Assembly: GCA_963675665.1 (NCBI GenBank)
Contig: OY776510.1
Coordinates: 4,480,001-4,544,000 of the forward strand
Length of the DNA: 64,000 nucleotides
Direction: 5' to 3'
Source of the DNA: Spirochaetia bacterium
GTDB taxonomy: Bacteria; Spirochaetota; Spirochaetia; UBA9216
In this document: positions 30,637-40,575 of the stretch, one piece after another
How the letters are laid out: each line of letters starts with the position of its first letter
Numbering within the stretch: the first letter of the stretch is position 1
The notes under the pieces: generated by a model
Databases searched by the model: none
What the model was told of the DNA's origin: nothing
Seen by the model: the letters and a program-made list of their open reading frames with translations, nothing else
Program-made: the position numbers and the translations under genes

Positions 30637-31278
30637 CTATTTTACATAATATCCTTTCATTTTTAATTCTTCATCTGTATTATTTATTTTAATAATTTTT
30701 CTATCTCTTAAAATTCCTATCTCATCACTTATTTTACGAACAGCATGATGGTTATGATCAGTTATAATTATACCATGCTCCTTGCTCTTCTTATTAATCA
30801 TTCTACTTAGCTTTTCTATATACATTGGTTCAATTTCAGAAAAGGGTTCATCCAATAATATAAATTTTCTATTCAATCCTAATATTATAAGAGTTTCTAA
30901 ATACCGTTTCTCCCCTCCTGATAATTTTCCTATTCTAAATTCTTTTAATTTATCTATTCTTTCATCAAAATCTATTGAAGAGGATAATATTTTAATTGCG
31001 GTTTTTACTTTCATATCAAAAGGCAGAAAATTTCTCTGATTTAAATAACTAAAATATTTCCATCTTTCTTTATTTTCTATTAGTCTATCATTTATCTTTA
31101 ATAACCCAGTTTCGCCACTATTTATTCCAGATAGACAGTTAAAGAATGTTGTTTTCCCGGCACCATTCAATCCAAAAAGACCAAATATTCCTTTTTTCTT
31201 CATTTTAAAATGAATATTGCCCAAGAGCTTATCATGCTTATAAGAATAGTTTATGCCTTCAATTACTAATTCATCCAT
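30637..31278 (-). CDS. ABC transporter ATP-binding protein (C10)
   Basis: GLNGAGKT, LSGGE, LLDEPF, ITDH. Confidence 0.92.
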   Translation of the reverse strand: MDELVIEGINYSYKHDKLLGNIHFKMKKKGIFGLFGLNGAGKTTFFNCLSGINSGETGLLKINDRLIENKERWKYFSYLNQRNFLPFDMKVKTAIKILSSSIDFDERIDKLKEFRIGKLSGGEKRYLETLIILGLNRKFILLDEPFSEIEPMYIEKLSRMINKKSKEHGIIITDHNHHAVRKISDEIGILRDRKIIKINNTDEELKMKGYYVK

Positions 31279-31651
31279 ATATAAATTTTCTCATTTGAAT
31301 GCCAATCAGGAACACAGCTATTACAATTATAATATTCAAAAAGTATAAAATACCATATCTCTTAATTCTATTTATTCCATAAAGACAATATAAATGATTT
31401 TCATCACGACGTATCCATTCACTGAATATCAATGAAATTCCAAATCCAAAAGAAATCATTGAGATTAACAACATTCTTAAAGCATTCATATAAATTTCTT
31501 CATGTGATGCTTTTCGAAACTGATTAGTGAATCCGAGTGTGATCAATAAAGCGATTATTGAAATTATAATATTATTCGGAAGAACCTTTTTAAGATTATG
31601 ATACAGTAATTTTATTTTAACCTTTATTTCTATATTATTTCTTTTTTTCAT
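31271..31651 (-). CDS. Small three-TM membrane protein, likely ABC partner (C10)
   Basis: Three hydrophobic segments, overlaps ATPase start. Confidence 0.7.
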   Translation of the reverse strand: MKKRNNIEIKVKIKLLYHNLKKVLPNNIIISIIALLITLGFTNQFRKASHEEIYMNALRMLLISMISFGFGISLIFSEWIRRDENHLYCLYGINRIKRYGILYFLNIIIVIAVFLIGIQMRKFIYG

Positions 31652-31691
31652 TTCATGCCTTCATGACATTTTTCCACCATATCGGACGTCT

Positions 31692-31831
31692 GTATAACAA
31701 CGATTTGAGCTGCCTGGCGGCCCGAGTCTTCGAGGGCATTGGCGTGGTTCTGGAACGGAGGGCGATCAGCCCGGAGTGTCTACGCCAGAACCATGACAAT
31801 AGCCAGGACTGCTCCAAATCTCACGTTATGT
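31692..31831 (-). repeat. attC site (C9)
   Basis: GTATAAC...GTTATGT family repeat. Confidence 0.92.
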
Positions 31832-31835
31832 GTTG

Positions 31836-32885
31836 CTATTCCCTTTTATTAACCAATCTATTAATATTTTCATAATCATATTCAATAATATTTTCTTCTA
31901 AAGCCCATATCTTTAACTCGTTAAGAATTTTATCATCTATTCTACTATCATAAAACTGATAGGATTTATACCAATTATTATAGCCTCCACAATGTAAAAT
32001 TTCATTCTTTTGTTCTTCAATAATTTTTCTTCTAATATTTTCCTCTGTTAAATTCGGTAGTTCTTCAATCCATTTCCTTATATCTTTAATTTCTTCATCA
32101 TCTTTAATTATTTTCAAAATATATTCATACTCATTATCATGAATTGCTGTTGGTATTATATTCATTTCATCACCATATCCAGCACCAAAAATTGGGATCT
32201 TTTTAATTGTTCCAAATTTTTTTATTAAGTAATCACTACCGTATCTGATTGTCAAAGTTGGATATCTTAATAGATGTAGAATTTCAATAAATCTGATGAT
32301 CCTTTTAAATATATCTATCCATCTTTTAAATTCAATTTCTTCTAAATTATCAACTAAGACTTTTCTATGAGAAATAAGATTAGAATATGACTTGCCTTTT
32401 GTATGTACATAATCAGATAGATCAATGTTTTTAATGTCATTAATTAGATCAAATTTTTCATTAAACTCTTTAATATATTCATTTTGTAATATTATCTTCC
32501 AAAAATCTTTCCCTTTAAATGGTGTATTCTTCTTTGATTTTAACCATTCTTTAAAATCATTATTCTCAAATCCTTTATTAGTCCAATATATTGACATTAA
32601 TCCAATATCTAATGATGTTCGTAAACTTATCATAGATTGTTTATAGAACCCTAATTTCATCAATTCATATGATACTTCCAATTCTTCATAACATTCATTT
32701 AGAGAAAAATCTTCATCAGAAAAAAAGTCTGCAACATCCCTTTTGGGGATATTTTGACTTATTAAAAAAACAGACGACAGATATCCTTCAATCTTATTTT
32801 TTAAGTTTTTTTCTTTCTCGATATTTTTAATAATCTCGTAATGTTTCTCATACTGTTCAAAAGTCTTTAATATTACTCTAATCAT
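31836..32885 (-). CDS. Hypothetical protein, possibly HEPN-like (C9)
   Basis: YKQSMISLRTSLD ... LSDYVH pattern. Confidence 0.6.
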   Translation of the reverse strand: MIRVILKTFEQYEKHYEIIKNIEKEKNLKNKIEGYLSSVFLISQNIPKRDVADFFSDEDFSLNECYEELEVSYELMKLGFYKQSMISLRTSLDIGLMSIYWTNKGFENNDFKEWLKSKKNTPFKGKDFWKIILQNEYIKEFNEKFDLINDIKNIDLSDYVHTKGKSYSNLISHRKVLVDNLEEIEFKRWIDIFKRIIRFIEILHLLRYPTLTIRYGSDYLIKKFGTIKKIPIFGAGYGDEMNIIPTAIHDNEYEYILKIIKDDEEIKDIRKWIEELPNLTEENIRRKIIEEQKNEILHCGGYNNWYKSYQFYDSRIDDKILNELKIWALEENIIEYDYENINRLVNKRE

Positions 32886-32935
32886 ACAAATTCCTTAACA
32901 ATATTTCATCACTACTGCTTTTAATCTATGCATAC

Positions 32936-33078
32936 ACATAACGACAATTTTAGCTGCCTGGCGGCGCGAGTCTTTCGAGCGCATTGGCGCGGTTTTAGAG
33001 CGCAGGCACGATCAGTGCCGTAGCGTCTCCGCTAAAACCGTGACAATAGCCAGGACTGCTACAAATTTCATGTTTTGT
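32936..33078 (-). repeat. attC site (C8)
   Basis: ACATAAC...GTTTTGT family repeat. Confidence 0.9.
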
Positions 33079-33561
33079 GTAACGACCCCATACCCACTAC
33101 TTTCTTTTATCTTAACAGTATCCTTTTTCTTACTTTGCCCATTCTTTACCCAGCGTTCTCGCTGGGTTCATCCCAATTAATCATACAACGATTTAACCTT
33201 TGCAGGTATTTTTATTTTTACACTATAACTTCTTCTCTGTTTCTTAGCATTTTACTTCTTCATTTCCGTCATATTCATTTTAAACATTTGGCCGCTAAAA
33301 TTTTATGCAGGTTAGCTGTGATTTTTTTGAGAAGCTTAAAATAGAACATAGATATAAATACGTTTCACGTCGGAGGTTATGGGAAACTATCGAAAACAGG
33401 ATGATTAACTCCATAAACTTCTTTATTTAACCTGCAAATTATTATTTTATCAAAGAACTGAATCAAATATTTTCTTTTTAATATATTTTTCACTTATGTG
33501 TCATTCTAAACGGGAACCGTATAAAATCTTTATTTTAGCCCAATTCTCGTTTACACAAAAC
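33072..33561. other. Gene-less cassette, short form (C8)
   Basis: ~490-bp conserved non-coding family member. Confidence 0.85.
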
Positions 33562-33697
33562 GACAATTTTAGCTGCCTGGCGGCGCGAGTCTTTCGAGCG
33601 TATTGGCGCGGGTTTAGAGCGTAGGCACGATCAGTGCCGTAGCGTCTCCGCTAAAACCGTGACAATAGCCAGGACTGCTACAAATTTCATGTTTTGT
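33555..33697 (-). repeat. attC site (C7)
   Basis: ACAAAAC...GTTTTGT family repeat. Confidence 0.9.
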
Positions 33698-34181
33698 GTA
33701 ACGACCCCATATCCAATACTTTCTTTTATCTTTATATTATTCCTTATCTTTTTTTCACTCTTCTTTACCCAGCGTTCTCGCTGGGTTCATCCCAATTAAT
33801 CATACAACGATTTCATCTTTGCAGGTATTTTTATTTCTTACACCATAACTACTGTTCTGTTTCTTAGCATTTTACTTTTTCATTTCCGTCATTTTCATTT
33901 TCAACATTTGGCCGCTAAAATTTTACGCAGGTTAGCTGTGATTTTTTTGAGAAGCTTAAAATAGAACATAGATACGAATACGTTTCACGTCGGAGGTTAT
34001 GGGAAACTATCGAAAACAGGATGATTGACTCCATAAACTTCTTTATTCAACCTGCAAATTATTATTTTATCAAAGAACTGAATCAAATATTTTCTTTTTA
34101 ATATGTTTTTCATTTATGTGTCATTCTAAACGGGAACCGTATAAAATCTTTATTTTAGCCCAATTCTCGTTTACACAAAAC
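33691..34181. other. Gene-less cassette, short form (C7)
   Basis: ~490-bp conserved non-coding family member, tandem with C8. Confidence 0.85.
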
Positions 34182-34310
34182 GACGATTTGAGTAGCAAAA
34201 TTGTTCGGCGTCTTCGCCGAATTGGCGCGATTCTGGAACGAGCGATCAGCGAGTGTCTTTAGCCAGAATCGTGACAATAAATTTTGACTACTCCAAATCT
34301 CTTGTTATGT
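34175..34310 (-). repeat. attC site (C6)
   Basis: ACAAAAC...GTTATGT family repeat. Confidence 0.92.
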
Positions 34311-34314
34311 ATAA

Positions 34315-35340
34315 TTATTTCCATCTATTTATTCCTGGTGGTAACACGGAATAATAATCATCAGTTAATGAATTTAATAAATAATTAGGGAATGAGCGGC
34401 TACCATAAGACAATGATTTTTTAAGTATAGCAGAATAATCTTCTTCATTTATCAAATTCATCCATTCTTTTGGGTAATATCTAACCATATTGCTTGTAGC
34501 ATAATAAATCAGATATTTAATCTCGTATTGTAAAAATTGATATCTTATGTTTTCTATTAATAGGGGAGAAGTAATAAATGATTCGTTTTTATACGATTTT
34601 TCATAAATAAAATCTGGTATATCTTTATATTCATCAAAAATAGCTTCTACGGTATATCCTTTTTCAAAAACATATTGTTTTTCACATAGTTTAAATTCAC
34701 TTAGACCTAAATTCTTATATCTTTGTTTATCTTTTTCAAAATTCTCTTTAACACCAGCCAATTGCAATTTTACTACATATTTATCATTTTCTTTTTTATA
34801 TCTAAAATCGTGTAAAGGATATGATTTATCATAAAACTGACATTGATCAAATACGTCTATATCCATTATCAATAAGTCATCCAAATCTATTACTTTCCCA
34901 ATTATATTTTCTATTGGTGTTTGTCTATTTTTACAAGATAATAATTCTATAAATGTACCTTTATTTTGTATCTTTATTAGCATTTTCATATCTTTAACGC
35001 TGCGAGTATTTTCAAGAGAGAATTTTAAACCATGACTTTTTAATAAGGTATTTGTCTTCTTTCCTAATTTCTTCATAATTAATATTTTTGAGAGTAGAGA
35101 AAATGAATAAAAATGCAATAATGGAGATGTTAAATATGAAGCATCCATTCCAGATCTAAAAAATTCATTACTTTGCTTATAAAATGTTTGTATTTTATTC
35201 ACATCATTTTTTGAATACTGTATTTTGCTCCCATTATTAAAGTATCGCTCAGTTACATTCAATCGCAGCAAATCCCAGATCTCATCTGATGGATTCTCAC
35301 TGACAATTAGATTTTTTCTTATTGAATTTTGTTTCAGCAC
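34315..35340 (-). CDS. YaaC-like protein (C6)
   Basis: QSNEFF...SPLLHFYS...SHGL...SNMVRYYP.EW. Confidence 0.75.
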   Translation of the reverse strand: MLKQNSIRKNLIVSENPSDEIWDLLRLNVTERYFNNGSKIQYSKNDVNKIQTFYKQSNEFFRSGMDASYLTSPLLHFYSFSLLSKILIMKKLGKKTNTLLKSHGLKFSLENTRSVKDMKMLIKIQNKGTFIELLSCKNRQTPIENIIGKVIDLDDLLIMDIDVFDQCQFYDKSYPLHDFRYKKENDKYVVKLQLAGVKENFEKDKQRYKNLGLSEFKLCEKQYVFEKGYTVEAIFDEYKDIPDFIYEKSYKNESFITSPLLIENIRYQFLQYEIKYLIYYATSNMVRYYPKEWMNLINEEDYSAILKKSLSYGSRSFPNYLLNSLTDDYYSVLPPGINRWK

Positions 35341-35487
35341 TTAAATCTCTCTCCATTCTTTTTACAATAATATCTTAATAATTCCTCTTGTATAATCCGA
35401 GCTGTTCATACTGATCATTGTGTACAATTTTTTAATAGCCACATATACAGAATTTCGTAACCGTAAAAACAACCGCACCCTGAAAAA

Positions 35488-36999
35488 TCAGTTAAGATAA
35501 ATATTCCAGGGAAGAAGCTCCTGCCAATCTTCACTGGACTTCATCAACGGAGCTTCGGTAAATACTTTTCTCAGATAAACATAAGGGTTGAGATCGTTTT
35601 GCTTTGCTGTTTCAACAAGTGAATAAATCCCGCAAGAACTCTCAGCACCTTTTGGGCTGCCGGCAAACAACCAGTTTTTCCTGCCCAACACAAACGGCCT
35701 GATAGCATTTTCACAGGCATTATTATCCGGAGTCAAATAAGGTGATTCAAGATAATTTACAAGTTTGCTCCATTGCCCAATTGTATATGATATCGCTTTT
35801 CCGAGTTCAGTCGAAGGAACAACATTATGCTGCCTTTTCTCAAGCCAGGAACTGAACTTGGCCAATAGCGGTTCTGCCTTCTTTTTTCTTTCTGCAAGAA
35901 ACTCGGGTTCACTTAAGTTTTTAGCTCTGAGTTCATTCTCTATCAAATACAGTTTCTGAATATATTTCAGCCCTTCAGCAGCACTGCCAGGTTTCTTGGA
36001 TACTCTTGATGCATCAAAGAATTTCCGTCTTGCATGAGCAAAACAACCGGCATGAATTATATCTGGATAATCTTTCAACGCTGTAACATATGCTTCATAA
36101 CCGTCAGTCTGAAGATAGCCGCTGAATCCGTCCAGAAAACTGCGAATATTCTTAGAACCCCTCGTTTCATGATATTCATATAGAATTGCAACTTGCCCCG
36201 GAGGCCCCCCTCGGGCAAGCCACATATAGGAGTTTCGAGTAGCAGGCCTATCCGGTTCATTGTGAACCTGTATTCTCGTTTCATCCATCTGCATAACCGA
36301 ACCGGTTTTCAGATGTTCTTTCATCAGTTCAAGCAGGATTATAAGAGCTTCATATGCCTGTCTTTGCCAGTTGCTCATATCCTGTCGGCTTATGCTGATC
36401 CCTATTCGCTCAAATCTCTTTTCCTGCCGGTAGAAAGGCAAATGATCTACATATTTATTTACAAGCAAAAATGCAAGGAGCTCGGGTGTTACTATGCTTT
36501 TGGGAAAGATTGTGGGAGCAGTCGGGGCTATCCGCACCGCAGGTTTATCTTCATCTCCGCTGCCTTCACAAGTCTTACAGGCATATTTGGGTCTGATGGT
36601 TCTTTCTACCCACATCTGTTCCGGTACAACTTTTATTCGTTCGGATATTTCTTCGCCTATTCTAACCAGTTCTGCTCCGCAAGCGCATTTCTTCTCTTCT
36701 TCGGGTATATCAATAAGGATTTCTTCACGGGGAAGATTCTCGTTTATCTTCTTTCGACCAGGTTTCTTTTTGGTATAGGATTCTACCTTCTGAGTTTCAG
36801 ATTCTTCTTCGGGAGCAATATCCGGTTCACTATCAAAAAGTAATATCTGAGCGGCTGTGTCTTTCTCGCTGGAACGATTATATTTCTTGAACAATTCAAG
36901 CTTGAAACGCTCTTCCAGCGCCTGGTATTTCGTTGCCCATTTTCGTTCAATATCTTTGATGTATTGCTGTACTTCTTCAGGAAGCTTTTCAACATCCAT
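35488..36999 (-). CDS. tnpC: IS66 DDE transposase TnpC
   Basis: MDET, QTDGY, CFAHARRKF, DNNACENAIRP, GRKNWLF. Confidence 0.95.
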   Translation of the reverse strand: MDVEKLPEEVQQYIKDIERKWATKYQALEERFKLELFKKYNRSSEKDTAAQILLFDSEPDIAPEEESETQKVESYTKKKPGRKKINENLPREEILIDIPEEEKKCACGAELVRIGEEISERIKVVPEQMWVERTIRPKYACKTCEGSGDEDKPAVRIAPTAPTIFPKSIVTPELLAFLLVNKYVDHLPFYRQEKRFERIGISISRQDMSNWQRQAYEALIILLELMKEHLKTGSVMQMDETRIQVHNEPDRPATRNSYMWLARGGPPGQVAILYEYHETRGSKNIRSFLDGFSGYLQTDGYEAYVTALKDYPDIIHAGCFAHARRKFFDASRVSKKPGSAAEGLKYIQKLYLIENELRAKNLSEPEFLAERKKKAEPLLAKFSSWLEKRQHNVVPSTELGKAISYTIGQWSKLVNYLESPYLTPDNNACENAIRPFVLGRKNWLFAGSPKGAESSCGIYSLVETAKQNDLNPYVYLRKVFTEAPLMKSSEDWQELLPWNIYLN

Positions 37000-37043
37000 A
37001 TCTTAAGTCTAGCATTTTTTGATCCGAGGGTAAATTCCTTATA

Positions 37044-37427
37044 CTATGTTATTTCAGAATATTTTAATTCTGTATGAGCATTCCAGAAATCTATACCCTT
37101 TAGAAGCATGTCAAGCTCAGTCTGCTTCAGCTCTATTGCATCCTGATTATTTTTCGGCCATGGAAAGCGATGTTTTTCAAGTTTCTTCTGCCATAAACAA
37201 AACCCGTTTTTATCCCAATAGAGAGCTTTCAAATTCCGTCTCTCTTTATTGCAAAATAAAAATAGATTGCCTGATAGTGGATCTGATTCAAGCTCATCAG
37301 CTACTATCATAGATAAGCCATTTATTGCTTTTCTCATATCGGTACTGCCTGGTTTTATGAATATCTTTATCTTGGAGAAATCAGGAAACACTTTTCGTTT
37401 CCACCAGGTCCATCGCTGCCATTGCAT
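37044..37427 (-). CDS. tnpB: IS66 accessory protein TnpB (true start probably GTG near 37391)
   Basis: TDMRKAINGL, LFLFCN, LYWDKNGFCLWQKKLE. Confidence 0.92.
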   Translation of the reverse strand: MQWQRWTWWKRKVFPDFSKIKIFIKPGSTDMRKAINGLSMIVADELESDPLSGNLFLFCNKERRNLKALYWDKNGFCLWQKKLEKHRFPWPKNNQDAIELKQTELDMLLKGIDFWNAHTELKYSEIT

Positions 37428-37695
37428 CTTCTCTGCTGAATCCAGGCTGCAGGATTATTTTCCAACCACCGTGTTCGAGGATTATATTTTTCTTCACAGC
37501 AGGTATTTCAAGCATTGGCAATTTTACGAAACCCGGTTTTTGTGTTCTCTGTTTCTGCCGTTCTTGTTTGGTCCAGTTATAAAACGTGGTTGGCCGTATA
37601 TCATTCTCACGGCAGAACTGACCTCCGGACATCCCGGACTCACGCCATTCTGTGAGATAGTCTGCTCGCTCTTTAGCGGTATATTGCTTGTTCAT
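37381..37695 (-). CDS. tnpA: IS66 accessory protein TnpA
   Basis: WRESGMSGGQFCRE...TFYNW HTH. Confidence 0.88.
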   Translation of the reverse strand: MNKQYTAKERADYLTEWRESGMSGGQFCRENDIRPTTFYNWTKQERQKQRTQKPGFVKLPMLEIPAVKKNIILEHGGWKIILQPGFSREDAMAAMDLVETKSVS

Positions 37696-38004
37696 TATTT
37701 CCTCCAGCTTCCCGGAGTTTAATAGATTTCAGAGTTCAACATAAGGTGCGGTTGTTTTGACGGTTACAGAATTTCTCGTATTTCTATCATTTTAAGACTG
37801 TTTTCGGCCCTTGGGAACTATATTTTATAAATAATTCTATCATGCTCAACTTGATATAGACAATTGTTTCGTAATTCCTATAATTCTTTTAGGAGTATCA
37901 TCTTAATCTGGATATCATCTTTTCTCTTTTTCTTAATAAATCACAGCTGTACACTATTCTATTAGAAATTTGTTGATCAAGTTACAAGCTGTTACTCTAT
38001 TTAT

Positions 38005-38140
38005 ACATAACGACGATTTGAGTAGCAAAATTGTTCGGCGTCTTCGCCGAATTGGCGCGATTCTGGAGTGAGCGATCAGCGAATGTCTTTAGCCAGAATC
38101 GTGACAATAAATTTTGACTACTCCAAATCTCTTGTTAAAT
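38005..38140 (-). repeat. attC site (C5)
   Basis: ACATAAC...GTTAAAT family repeat. Confidence 0.92.
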
Positions 38141-38153
38141 GCCGTTTCTTACC

Positions 38154-38178
38154 AGACCGAACGACGGAGTCGAGGTCT
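38154..38178 (+). repeat. Trailer hairpin (C5)
   Basis: AGACCGAACGACGGAGTCGAGGTCT. Confidence 0.9.
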
Positions 38179-38211
38179 GGTATTAATATAAATTACAATA
38201 TAATCTAATAT

Positions 38212-40452
38212 TCATGATCTGCTAAAAAGATCATGTATATCAGAAATATAGTTCACTCCTTTATAGTCACCATCATCGTCAGGTCTATAATTATCTAAGA
38301 AACTATCAACCATCCCATCGATGTCTATTTCCGATTCAATTAACTCTTTTAAATCTATATCAATTTCTCCTATTTCGGTATTTGATACTAGAAATAACGA
38401 TTCATCTAATTTCTCTTCAAAATAATTTACTATCCCAGTGTAATCAACATTTAAATCTTCACGAAAATCGATATAATTTCCTATCTCAATTTCATTTTCT
38501 AAATCACTTATTTCATATGATAAGTATTCACCAATAATTTCTTTCCTAAAATCAATAAAATCTTGATCATATTGATCTAATTTTAAATAGATTTCTGTGA
38601 TAAGATTTATTTCCTTATATGAAATGCTTTCACCACTACTAATAATCTCAATTAATTTATTTGTTGTGAGATTGTTTAAATTTATAAAAATCTCATTAAT
38701 AAGAAAAAGAAGCTTTGATATTTCAGAGATACCAGCACAATCAGCTAAAACTGCATCTATCATATTTGACACAGCTTCCGTATCATTATTTATTTCATAA
38801 TAAATAAAACATAAATATATTGTATAATTACTTTCAAAATCAGTATTATAATTCCCAAATACATTTTCTATGATTGTGCAATATTGTTCATATTTAATAA
38901 GTTCACTTTTGTAAATTGAGTATATTTGTTCTAATGATTTTATAGTATTTAATGATTGCATAATTAATATAATTTCATCAATTTCACCTACATAATTTCT
39001 AAGAATATAATCTGATATAGATGGATTAAACACTGTATAATCAATTATTCCAGCACTCATATTTTTAACAATCATAGATTTTGTAGACAATTTTATTATC
39101 GTATCAAATCTATAATCTATTGTTTTTGATTCTTCGATCTTTTTTAGACTACAATATTCTTTATATGCTTTTTTTAAATCTTCTTCTCCAATTTTACCAC
39201 CATTAAATACTACCAAGAATACAACACTTCTTATATAAATATTGCTTTGCACATCAAGATATTTCTCCCAAATATCTGCAGGATTATTCAATCTATCAAT
39301 AATTGAAATCCAATAATTTACAAGATCAGTATCGATCCTATCAATATCAGTAATAAACTCAATTAACCTAGGATTATAATTCCTATGTAAAATTACTTTC
39401 ATATAATTCGAATCTTTATAAAATTCATCAATGTAATCATCACCTAAATTACTAAACCAAATATGATTATATAAAATTCGGGCTTTATCCATTATAGATA
39501 AATCATTCATAGTCATTAAGAATTCATTCTTGTTTAATTTTTTGTCATTAAATACTGGACTAACATGTAAACCTTTATTTATTATGTTTGTTCTTGAAGT
39601 TAAAATAAAGATTTTATTCTTGGCCCTATTAATTCTTTCAATAAAATTCATTATATGCGTATCTTTTCTATTTTCTATTGCTTCAAAATAATTACTACCT
39701 AGAAAATCATCGAAATAAAATATTTGTTTGGAATCTTTATCAAATAAATCCTCCCCTTCTTTAACACCTTCTTCAATTGCTATAAACTCGTAATCATGTG
39801 CTAAATAATGCAAGCATAAATTATTTGCTAAGGTTGTCTTACCAATTCCTGGTTCTCCAGAAATTATTATCACCTTATTTCTTTTTAAATGTTCTAATGC
39901 ACGATAATGATTTTCAGTATAAACATATTTATTAGAATTTAACTTAATATTTTCAATAATAAACTCGCTACGACCTTTAATTGCATTTTTAAGAATTCTT
40001 GATAATACTGTTGAGCTATTAATCCATAATTTATAGTGCTTTTCTTCGATTTGTTTATATTCACTTAAGAAATCATTAAGATCCTCACAACCCCAAATAT
40101 CTGATTCAATTTTTATATAAGGAGCAAAAATTGACTTTATTTTAGTTTTATTCGCTCTTGATAAGGGTACAGATGTTACAAATATATATTTAGCTGGTTT
40201 TAGTTTCTTAACTTTTAAAGCCTCTTTGTGTTCTAAATCATATAATAATTTTTTTAATCCGGATTGATAATAGTGTTTACATTGTAAGATTTCTTCTTTC
40301 CTATCAATGTTAAAATATCGTCCATCAACCCCTGCATCTTTGCCTGGTTTAAAACGTTCTATTCGCTTGTTTGTAACTTTAGTAACTAAATCACAAACAA
40401 GATATTCAAATTCTTTATCGTTTAAACTGCTAAAGGTATAATCCATATCCAA
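38212..40452 (-). CDS. Mrr-like restriction endonuclease fused to nSTAND3-type NTPase (C5)
   Basis: EFEYLVCDL...GKDAGVD...QCKHY; GEPGIGKT; FDDFLG; LTSR; NYNPRLIE. Confidence 0.82.
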   Translation of the reverse strand: MDMDYTFSSLNDKEFEYLVCDLVTKVTNKRIERFKPGKDAGVDGRYFNIDRKEEILQCKHYYQSGLKKLLYDLEHKEALKVKKLKPAKYIFVTSVPLSRANKTKIKSIFAPYIKIESDIWGCEDLNDFLSEYKQIEEKHYKLWINSSTVLSRILKNAIKGRSEFIIENIKLNSNKYVYTENHYRALEHLKRNKVIIISGEPGIGKTTLANNLCLHYLAHDYEFIAIEEGVKEGEDLFDKDSKQIFYFDDFLGSNYFEAIENRKDTHIMNFIERINRAKNKIFILTSRTNIINKGLHVSPVFNDKKLNKNEFLMTMNDLSIMDKARILYNHIWFSNLGDDYIDEFYKDSNYMKVILHRNYNPRLIEFITDIDRIDTDLVNYWISIIDRLNNPADIWEKYLDVQSNIYIRSVVFLVVFNGGKIGEEDLKKAYKEYCSLKKIEESKTIDYRFDTIIKLSTKSMIVKNMSAGIIDYTVFNPSISDYILRNYVGEIDEIILIMQSLNTIKSLEQIYSIYKSELIKYEQYCTIIENVFGNYNTDFESNYTIYLCFIYYEINNDTEAVSNMIDAVLADCAGISEISKLLFLINEIFINLNNLTTNKLIEIISSGESISYKEINLITEIYLKLDQYDQDFIDFRKEIIGEYLSYEISDLENEIEIGNYIDFREDLNVDYTGIVNYFEEKLDESLFLVSNTEIGEIDIDLKELIESEIDIDGMVDSFLDNYRPDDDGDYKGVNYISDIHDLFSRS

Positions 40453-40483
40453 TTAAATTCCTATTTATAATAATACATTCTTA

Positions 40484-40506
40484 GCCCGTCGGCCGGAGGT
40501 CCGGGC
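40484..40506 (+). repeat. Leader hairpin (C5)
   Basis: Exact 23-nt core. Confidence 0.9.
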
Positions 40507-40575
40507 TATTTCTTACTAATTTTACACCCAGCAACAGAAATATCCTAACATTTTTATTATTCTCCCATTTCGTGC

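Larger units (their letters stand above)
35457..37767 (-). mobile_element. IS66-family insertion sequence (2311 bp)
   Basis: IRs GTAACCGTAAAAACAACCGCACC / GGTGCGGTTGTTTTGACGGTTAC; 8-bp TSD AGAATTTC; tnpA-tnpB-tnpC. Confidence 0.95.
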
